Source: an uncultured bacterium
Lineage (GTDB): Bacteria; CSSED10-310; CAZUFC01
Length of the DNA stretch: 13,745 nucleotides
Reading direction: 5' to 3'
Assembly (NCBI GenBank): GCA_964619725.1
Contig: CAZUFC010000181.1
Span: forward strand, 1 to 13,745
Shown piece after piece: positions 1 through 6,506 of the stretch; position 1 is the first letter of the stretch; each line of letters begins with the position of its first letter. The notes under the pieces are model-generated. The model was given only the letters and a program-made list of their open reading frames with translations. It made no database searches and had not been told where the DNA came from. Both the position numbers and the translations under genes were made by a program.

Positions 1-274
1 CTAAAAACTTCACAATTATTATGCCGAGTTACAATGCAAGAAAATCACATTTTTTGAATAGATTGTGACATTCTTGTCAGGAGTTCAGAATTTAAATGCA
101 ATTTTTCCCCAGCTTCTACGTCCAATTTAACTGACTATTCCGGATGCCTGGCGGCAATCAAACATTGATAATGCTTAATGGATTTTCTGTTGCCTTCAGG
201 GCAACTTTTTTAACGAACTCTGAACTTTTTACATCGCTCTTTGTTTTTTCAGCATGGAAGCATATTTTTACATA

Positions 275-476
275 CCGGTTATCCTGGCGGACATAGCGGA
301 CGTGGCGGACTTTGCGGACACGATTCGATTTACTCGACGGGCTTAACAAAGGAGAACTGCCAGTCACACTAATCGGACTGACAAGCGCTTGTCCATGAAC
401 TCAATTCACGATTCAAATTTTGATGCTGGACAAGCGCTTCGGTTTCTTACACGGGGATCAATATTGATTTAAATCA
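275..476 (+). repeat. Copy A of a duplicated non-coding module (CCGGTT, 4x NNNGCGGAC, AGGAGAAC, 57-bp hairpin, TGATTTAAATCA)
   Basis: 9-mer units ctggcggac/atagcggac/gtggcggac/tttgcggac at 284-319. The same elements recur in the same order at 1208-1360. Confidence 0.85.
383..439. repeat. 57-bp hairpin element (13-bp perfect stem, 31-nt loop), copy A
   Basis: AAGCGCTTGTCCA (383-395) pairs with TGGACAAGCGCTT (427-439). The loop is homologous to that of 1276-1332. Confidence 0.85.
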
Positions 477-649
477 TATGTCGGCCGGGTTTTCTATAGA
501 ACGTACATCCGTTAAAGAGTTCATCAACGTTGAAGCCGCCGGCGCTGACCCGGAAACCACACTATGTCGCTGACGCCAAATAATTTTTTATGATTGCCTG
601 TCAAATACGACAGCGTTATTTGTCTCCGTCAGAGACCCTCCGACGTCCC

Positions 650-772
650 CTCTTTTTCGCGTGAATTCGTGAAGTTTCGCGGATAAGAAAATACACTCCG
701 GTATCTATAAATGATTAAAGCATTTTTAAAGAATTATTATCCGCGAAATTACGCTAATCTTCGCGAAAAGAG
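650..772. repeat. Imperfect inverted repeat built from three 10-bp-spaced CGCGAA-like units per arm
   Basis: TTTCGCGGATAA (675-686) and TTATCCGCGAAA (737-748) form a perfect 12-bp core. Outer arms are CTCTTTTTCGCG (650-661) and CGCGAAAAGAG (762-772), around a 50-bp AT-rich spacer. Confidence 0.8.
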
Positions 773-808
773 AAGAGAATAATGATTAATTTTTTCGTCT
801 GATGAAGC

Positions 809-1004
809 GGAACTGATCAAGTAGGGGTTACAATTCTTTCAAAACTTTTGACAATTTGTGTCGGTATCGCAATCGGTATCGGGGTCGGGGTCGGTATCGC
901 AATCGGTATCGGCATCGGTATCGCAATCGTGATCGAAATCGAAACAAAATGATAGACGATTCTGTCGAATTGTAACCTCAAAAGACGCTTTTTTGATCAA
1001 TGCC
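809..1004 (-). mobile_element. MITE copy 1 (196 bp), IS1/IS1595-like ends, 14 internal CGATNN-type hexamers
   Basis: TIRs GGAACTGATCAA (809-820) and TTGATCAATGCC (993-1004), with a perfect 8-bp direct repeat GATGAAGC at 801-808 and 1005-1012. The reverse complement aligns to 5692-5852 and 10793-10952. Confidence 0.92.
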
Positions 1005-1086
1005 GATGAAGCCATTATTAACCACACGTTTAATGCTTACCTATTGAAAGGCTTTTTTTTGCTGAAAGCTCCTGGAAATTACTGGG

Positions 1087-1173
1087 TTCGATTGCGATTC
1101 CGACACCGATCCGGATTGCAAAAACACACTGTTAAACTTTTCAAAAAAGTGTAATCCCGGGTTGATCAGTCCT
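1087..1173 (+). mobile_element. Degenerate 3' half of the same MITE
   Basis: ttcgattgcgattccgacaccgat...ctgttaaacttttcaaaaaagtgtaatcccgggttgatcagtcct aligns with the right half of copies 2 and 3 (ctgtcaaacgttttgaaagaagtgtaaccacggattgatcagtccc). No clear left end or TSD. Confidence 0.75.
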
Positions 1174-1207
1174 GATTTTTTTCAGTTAATGTCAGGAGAT
1201 GTGAAGT

Positions 1208-1360
1208 CCGGTTTTCATAGCGGACGAAGCGGACCTGGCGGACTTTGCGGACTCAATGTAGGAGAACCGTTATGCTAGTGTCTGTCCAAAAACTCGAATC
1301 TCGATTTAAAATTTAATGCTGGACAGACACTAATTAAATATTTATGGCTGATTTAAATTA
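1208..1360 (+). repeat. Copy B of the duplicated non-coding module
   Basis: atagcggac/gaagcggac/ctggcggac/tttgcggac at 1217-1252, AGGAGAAC at 1260-1267, hairpin at 1276-1332, TGATTTAAATTA at 1349-1360. Confidence 0.85.
1276..1332. repeat. 57-bp hairpin element (13-bp perfect stem, 31-nt loop), copy B
   Basis: TAGTGTCTGTCCA (1276-1288) pairs with TGGACAGACACTA (1320-1332). Confidence 0.85.
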
Positions 1361-1363
1361 TGA

Positions 1364-1399
1364 ATGGCAGACCTTGCGGGCACAGCAGACTTGGCATAA
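1364..1399 (+). repeat. Degenerate third NNNGCGGAC 9-mer array
   Basis: atggcagac/cttgcgggc/acagcagac/ttggcataa keep the 9-bp period. Confidence 0.55.
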
Positions 1400-1444
1400 A
1401 GAAGAAAGGGAATCCTAAAGAGGAAGCGTCCCTGTTTTCATTGC

Positions 1445-1496
1445 AAAGGAGGCAGAACCTTTCGGTCATTTAAGTCTGCAGGATTCCGCCCCCTTT
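1445..1496 (-). terminator. Possible intrinsic terminator hairpin downstream of the 1264-aa gene
   Basis: On the minus strand AAAGGGGGCGGAATCCT pairs with AGGTTCTGCCTCCTTT, and the mismatches become G-U pairs only on that strand. It lies about 90 bp past the stop codon. The long loop and short U-tract lower confidence. Confidence 0.5.
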
Positions 1497-1583
1497 TTCT
1501 TATCGTGATTGTCGGTTTACTTCAGCGCCTCGCCATGCTTTGATTTGTTATCCGGGTCAATGTTGCTTTTTCTCGGGTTTTCG

Positions 1584-4500
1584 TTACTTTTGGACGGCCA
1601 GCCAGGAAATCGTTTCCGTTGTGTGGGGTCCGTCGCATCCGGGAGTTTCTTCTACTCTAACCATGAAACTATTATTCGTCAGATTTTTGATGTCGACGAC
1701 ACAGGGATCTCCGCCATTTTCAGTGGTAATGGCGGCGTGGAGAACGGGGGTTTCTTTAAACGGCGCGTTGAAGTTCACACGCTTCCAGTTATGACGTACC
1801 GTCGTATTACCCATCTGTGAACCGTTCGGCGGGGAATCCAAGGCTAACCATGAAATAGTTTCGACGCCGTGGACGCCATCGCATTCCGGGGATTCTTCCA
1901 CCCGGACATCGAATCCCAGCGAGGACAAGTTACATATATCAATATGGCATGGTTCATCGTCGTTATTTGTGATGATGGAAGCCTGAAGATTCGGTATACC
2001 GTCTGCCGGAAAGGCAAAATTGACCGTCGTCCAGCGATTATCGGTCTCAACCGTTCCCATCTGCGCACGATCATAAGGAAGGTTAAGCGCTGTCCAGTTG
2101 ATTTCTTCAATCGCATGATAACCGTCAAGACCGCAAGGTTCATCTACTCTCATTTCGAAACCGTCGTATCTTAGATTACGAACGTCGGGAACGCATGTTT
2201 GCCCTCCAGCTTCGGTGATGATGCTCACCAGCAGGTTGGGGATGATCGGGAAAGGCTTCTGAAATTCGATTCTAATCCACCTGTTGTTCGTCGAATCCGA
2301 TCCAAGCCATTCGACTTGTTTTCTTGCCGTATAGAGCTCATAGATTTCTTCAGGCATCAGCGCGCGATCATAGACTCTGACGTCATCAATTATTCCGTTG
2401 AAATAAATTTCATGAGGATTCGTGTGGTCTCTGCCTACCCACAAACTTTGCGTCGGCGGTGTGTAATCTGCGGTTTTGACGCCCACCGAAATTCCGTCCC
2501 TAAAAGCCTGTAATTCAGCGCCGTCGTAAGTCATCGCAACCTGTGTCCATCTGTCGCAGGGGATACTCGCCGTTATAGACTTTGCTCCGCTTTCGCTTCC
2601 CAGGATGTACTTAAAAATGTGATTGGATTGCCAGAACCTCATCACATAACCTTCTGTAAAGTGTCCGTCCCAGCGTGAAGCGCCCATTACGGCATCGCCG
2701 GATTCAGTAGTCGGATGGTGATAAATCCAGGCAACAGCGGTGAACGTTTCCGATTGCAGGCCGGCATCGGCGCCGCAATCGACATAATCGTCGAAACCGT
2801 TGAAACTCAAGCTGCAACCCGCTTCTCGTTCGACCCACCTGCATCCGTAAATTTGACCATTGTTCCAGTGGGAAGCCGCGTCAAAAATCGTATCGCCTTC
2901 GCACTCGTCCATGGGCCAAAAAGCGGTCAGAGATTGCCGTTCGAAGGGGATTCGGGATTGAGCACAAAGCGGTATGTCTCCGCCTGTTCCGAAATACAGG
3001 CGGACTTGATTGCAATCATGCAGGGAAGATCGAGTATAAGCCCAGAGTCCGGTTGAGGGTCTGAAGACAGCAACGTCCGCTTTTGCATCTCCATCGTAGT
3101 CTGCGGGAACAGGAACATCGCCGCCGGCGCCGAAGTATCTTCTTCCATTGGGCAGACAATCCGTGTCTACGTCTTTAGCGGCCCACAGTCCGACCGTCGG
3201 CCTGAAAACGGCTATATCCGTTCTTCCGTTTCCGTCGTAATCCGCCGGGATGGGAATGTCTCCGGCGCGTCCGAAATAATGTCTGATCGTTTCGCATTCG
3301 GCCGATGAAGACTTCATGTAAGCCCAAAGACCGACGTCTGGTCTGAATACGGCCAGGTCCGTCAAGCCGTCCCCGTCATAATCCGCGGGCACGGGTATAT
3401 CGCCGATTTGTCCGAAGTAACGGCTTCCGTCCGGCAAACATTGCGTTTCAAAATTTTTAACAGCCCAAAGCCCGTTCGAGGGGCGAAAAACGGCAATGTC
3501 GGTTATTCCGTCGCCGTTGTAATCTGCGGGGACAGGGATATCGCCGGCGGCCCCGAAGTAGAAGGTATTCTGAAGGCAGCCCGTAGTCGAAGACTGCAAA
3601 TATGACCACATTCCTGATGATGGCCGGAAAACCGCGATATCCGTAACATCATCGCCGTCATAATCTCCAGGTACGGGCATATCGCCCGGAGAGCCGAAGT
3701 ACCGGGAACCGTCCGGCAGGCATTCCGTATCCACATTTTGAACTGCCCACTTCGCTTGAGAGGGACGATATATGACCAAATCGGAATAGCCGTCGCCGTC
3801 GTAATCACCCGAATCTTTGATGATGGACGGCATTGAAAAGGCATCCGATGGATCAGCGCTGTAAAAATATTCGATAAGATTGGAATAGCCGTCGCCGTCC
3901 TGGTCTGCAGCGGAATCGTCGAGCAACGGATTCAATCCGTAACGGACTTCCCAACCGTCCGGCATCAAATCATCGTCCGTGTCAGGGTCCTGGGGATCGG
4001 TGCCGTAAACCCTTTGCTCACGATAATCGCTCAATTCATCGCCGTCCTGATCATACTGCATCCCTACCGTGAGCGTCGGATCGCCCAGCAACGCTTCCTC
4101 GTAAAATGCCCATCGCCTGCCGAAATCAAGATATCCCCCGATCGCGTGATATTCCACCCAGTCGAGAAAAGCTTCTCCCCAGTTCAGTCCCGTTCCCAAT
4201 TTCTGGAACATGTGCTCCGGACTGTAACCTCCTCCGTGACCTGTAATTCCCGACACCAGCAAACCATCGCCCGTGAAAAGATAGGCGCAAGCAATATTAA
4301 CGTTTGTTTCGTTGAAATACTGGCAGTTGCTGCAAGCAAAAAGGCGAAAGAAACGGCAATTATGGTCGCAGGAAAGAACATCTTCCGAATCGAAAATAGT
4401 TGCAGGAAATTTGAAGGAATCGCCTGTATCGCAACGACTGAAAGAGTAGCAATCAAACGCGTTTCCGTCTACACCGCCGTGACATTTCAAATACACGAAT

Positions 4501-5378
4501 TCGTATCCGCTAATCAATTCATCCAGATAATCGTTATCCGTCGGAGATTTCGCTCCATATGTAAGATGAACAAGCCCCTGTTTATGCTCCGCCCTCAAAT
4601 TCACGTTCTCCGGACTGTACATATGTTCCAGTCCCTCATAACTGTCGTCGCAATTCGGCCAATCCCAGTATGAAAGCGCCTGGGGAGGTTCCGGATCGCT
4701 GCCGGTACGATAAGCATGATTTTTCGCGAAATAGTCCGCCAGCAAATCAGCCTGCTCCTGAATATCATCTCCCGCTATATTCCGAGGATATAACCGGCCG
4801 ATCCATATCTCCGGCATAGAACCCTCCTGCCCGGTTCCCTGCTCCTTAAACGAATCATAATAATACAACCCCATTTCCGTCTCCCGGGTCTCACCTGCGT
4901 AATAGTCCCTGAGAAAACCCTGCATATCCGGGTCCTGACACTGATAATTTTGATCATAAGTTTTAAGGTCCTCCCAGTCGCCGTTCAAGTCCATGTAATA
5001 GTAATCCGAACCCGAACGTTTACACCAGTGTCCGCAAGCGCCCTGCATCTGATAAAAAGCCACAGGATAATCGCCTATCAAAAGACAACCGCTAATCGCT
5101 TCCTCCTGCCACATTTCCTGAAGTTCCGCCTTGAGCGCCGGCGGTGATTCAAACTCATTCTCATAAGACAAATACAAAATAACTTCGTAACCCTCATCCT
5201 CCAAATCCTGACAATAACGATCCAATGACTGGGGAACAAGATTGTAGAGAGCATTTTCCGCCATTACCAGGACCGTTTCAGCCGAACAGACAGAAGATGA
5301 AATAAAAATGACGATACATCCCAGAAGTAAACAGAAGAATCTCCTATTTGAAAATTCAGATATTTCGTTGGTTTTCAT
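1584..5378 (-). CDS. Secreted multidomain protein: C25 gingipain-like cysteine peptidase, Ca-binding DxDxDG repeats, 6 FG-GAP/VCBS-like repeats, LamG domain, 3 H-type lectin-like repeats
   Basis: 1264-aa ORF with a signal peptide (RRFFCLLLGCIVIFISSSVCSA). C25-like motifs PEIWIGRL, YLKCHGG (His), LFACSN (Cys), LLGDPTL. DQDGDELSD/DTDDDLMPDGWE/DQDGDGYSN repeats; six repeats of consensus DYDGDGxxDIAVFRPxxGLW; LamG motif FNGIIDDVRVYDRAL; three repeats ending ETISWLA-like. Purine-rich RBS GGAAGGGAAAG. Confidence 0.93.
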   Translation of the reverse strand: MKTNEISEFSNRRFFCLLLGCIVIFISSSVCSAETVLVMAENALYNLVPQSLDRYCQDLEDEGYEVILYLSYENEFESPPALKAELQEMWQEEAISGCLLIGDYPVAFYQMQGACGHWCKRSGSDYYYMDLNGDWEDLKTYDQNYQCQDPDMQGFLRDYYAGETRETEMGLYYYDSFKEQGTGQEGSMPEIWIGRLYPRNIAGDDIQEQADLLADYFAKNHAYRTGSDPEPPQALSYWDWPNCDDSYEGLEHMYSPENVNLRAEHKQGLVHLTYGAKSPTDNDYLDELISGYEFVYLKCHGGVDGNAFDCYSFSRCDTGDSFKFPATIFDSEDVLSCDHNCRFFRLFACSNCQYFNETNVNIACAYLFTGDGLLVSGITGHGGGYSPEHMFQKLGTGLNWGEAFLDWVEYHAIGGYLDFGRRWAFYEEALLGDPTLTVGMQYDQDGDELSDYREQRVYGTDPQDPDTDDDLMPDGWEVRYGLNPLLDDSAADQDGDGYSNLIEYFYSADPSDAFSMPSIIKDSGDYDGDGYSDLVIYRPSQAKWAVQNVDTECLPDGSRYFGSPGDMPVPGDYDGDDVTDIAVFRPSSGMWSYLQSSTTGCLQNTFYFGAAGDIPVPADYNGDGITDIAVFRPSNGLWAVKNFETQCLPDGSRYFGQIGDIPVPADYDGDGLTDLAVFRPDVGLWAYMKSSSAECETIRHYFGRAGDIPIPADYDGNGRTDIAVFRPTVGLWAAKDVDTDCLPNGRRYFGAGGDVPVPADYDGDAKADVAVFRPSTGLWAYTRSSLHDCNQVRLYFGTGGDIPLCAQSRIPFERQSLTAFWPMDECEGDTIFDAASHWNNGQIYGCRWVEREAGCSLSFNGFDDYVDCGADAGLQSETFTAVAWIYHHPTTESGDAVMGASRWDGHFTEGYVMRFWQSNHIFKYILGSESGAKSITASIPCDRWTQVAMTYDGAELQAFRDGISVGVKTADYTPPTQSLWVGRDHTNPHEIYFNGIIDDVRVYDRALMPEEIYELYTARKQVEWLGSDSTNNRWIRIEFQKPFPIIPNLLVSIITEAGGQTCVPDVRNLRYDGFEMRVDEPCGLDGYHAIEEINWTALNLPYDRAQMGTVETDNRWTTVNFAFPADGIPNLQASIITNNDDEPCHIDICNLSSLGFDVRVEESPECDGVHGVETISWLALDSPPNGSQMGNTTVRHNWKRVNFNAPFKETPVLHAAITTENGGDPCVVDIKNLTNNSFMVRVEETPGCDGPHTTETISWLAVQK

Positions 5379-5691
5379 TTCTTTCCCTTCCCGTTGAAAA
5401 CATTTTTTACTTATTTTGCGAACAAGGCGAATGATAAAAACTGGTTTTGAATGCCCCCCTTCCCTCTTACTTTTTAAATCTTACCTTCCCATCATAAAGT
5501 ATTATTGCCAGAAAAACAGAAGCTGAAAAAAATATTCATGTTTCTAATTTCGCTCCTGCATCAAATTACATAAATGCAGGATAATCGCTGACGCAATCCG
5601 CTCCGTCGATTTTAAACATGATGTTAACAGTTCAGTCGAAGTCGAAATGATGGGATGTTCGGAAGAATTTTAACCTTAAAAGATGCTTTTT

Positions 5692-5852
5692 GGCATTGAT
5701 CAAAAAAGCCTCTTTTGAGGTTACAATTCGACAGAATCGTCTGTCATTTTGTTTCGATTTCGATCACGATTGCGATACCGATGCCGATACCGATTACTGA
5801 AAAAAACTGTCAAACGTTTTGAAAGAAGTGTAACCACGGATTGATCAGTCCC
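5692..5852 (+). mobile_element. MITE copy 2 (161 bp), 7 internal hexamers
   Basis: TIRs GGCATTGATCAA and TTGATCAGTCCC. Flanks TGCTTTTT (5684-5691) and TGCATTTT (5853-5860) form an 8-bp TSD with one mismatch. Confidence 0.92.
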
Positions 5853-5868
5853 TGCATTTTTGATCGAT

Positions 5869-5893
5869 TCATTGTTGAATTATTCAATAATGA
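5869..5893. promoter_or_regulatory. 25-bp palindrome (possible operator) abutting an RBS
   Basis: TCATTGTTGAAT-T-ATTCAATAATGA, 11/12 arm match, followed directly by GGAGAG and ATG at 5907. Confidence 0.4.
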
Positions 5894-5906
5894 GGAGAGA
5901 TTACGA

Positions 5907-6080
5907 ATGAACTGGCTTGAGAAATTAAGAGAACTTCCAACAAACCGCAGAGGGATTCACCATCAACCTGAAACGCCAAGATATGCGAGAGCGCGGCAAA
6001 AATAAATGGTTTTAAAGGGGAAAATCATGGAAACAACTCAGGAACCTTCTGAACCTCATCAATTACAATGCCGCTTTTAA
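5907..6080 (+). pseudogene. Short RBS-preceded ORFs (32 aa at 5907-6005, 17 aa at 6027-6080), possibly a decayed gene-cassette ORF upstream of the attC-like site
   Basis: AGGAGAG before ATG5907 (MNWLEKLRELP...) and AAGGGG before ATG6027. No family recognised. Confidence 0.25.
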
Positions 6081-6186
6081 CATGGCTTCGAAGAATACGA
6101 AGAGGGTCCTCCTCCATAGCTGATCTGTCGTTAAAATTCTCCATGTTGAAATAATCATACTCGGAAAAAGCAGCCAGTAGTAGCGT

Positions 6187-6241
6187 GGGAGTGATCACGA
6201 TAAATGATGTAACCCTGACATGGCCATTTTTGATCAGTGTC
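6187..6241 (-). mobile_element. Possible internally deleted MITE remnant (55 bp)
   Basis: GGGAGTGATCAC and TTGATCAGTGTC each match a MITE TIR at 10/12. The TGTAACC-N16-TGATCA spacing is identical to copy 1. No TSD. Confidence 0.45.
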
Positions 6242-6297
6242 GAATTTTGTTTGAAATTGTAATCTCATAAACCTGGTGCAATGTTCAGATGAAAAAG

Positions 6298-6386
6298 GTT
6301 GAACCAATGGATGAACGGGACGGCGAAAACGCTAAACCAGAAGCCGACGTGACTTCGTCGACGCCTGTTATCCTAAGCCGTTAGGC
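6298..6386 (+). mobile_element. Solo integron attC-like recombination site (89 bp)
   Basis: R'' GTTGAAC (6298-6304), 5-nt spacer, L'' GATGAACG (6310-6317), L' TGTTATC (6366-6372), 7-nt spacer, R' GTTAGGC (6380-6386). GGATGAACGGGACG pairs with CGCCTGTTATCC leaving two unpaired bases at the usual extrahelical positions. GGAG and ATG (6405) follow immediately, as in a cassette start. Confidence 0.7.
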
Positions 6387-6506
6387 TGAGCGGAGAACAG
6401 TACAATGGAATTACAACCAAGGCGCATAATATAAACGACATGTTCTTCGTTTTTGAGGCAGTAGGAATATTCTCCGTTTTGAAGTGAAGTAAGATGATTT
6501 TCAAAA

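Noticed and set aside
158-367. 69-aa ORF with VRKVRHVRYVRQ
   Set aside because: The periodicity comes from the 9-mer array, there is no recognisable family, and it is not conserved as an ORF in module copy B.
839-1027. 62-aa ORF with a DxDxDx tract
   Set aside because: It is the translation of the MITE hexamer array, and its start lies outside the element, in flanking sequence not shared by copies 2 and 3.
284-1399. CRISPR array
   Set aside because: The repeats are 6-10 bp tandem units or dispersed elements. There are no 23-47 bp repeats with unique regular spacers and no cas genes.
1584-2312. Diversity-generating retroelement target (C-terminal lectin-like repeats)
   Set aside because: The repeats differ at all base types, and no adenine-specific template/variable repeat pair or reverse transcriptase is present in the window.
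4014-4673. 219-aa plus-strand ORF and the other 60-175 aa ORFs overlapping the four main genes
   Set aside because: Antisense or alternate-frame shadows of well-supported CDSs with no recognisable motifs.
6419-6446. dif/XerCD-like site (AAGGCGCATAA TATAAA ...)
   Set aside because: Only the XerC-like arm matches; the XerD arm (TTATGTTAAAT) is absent.
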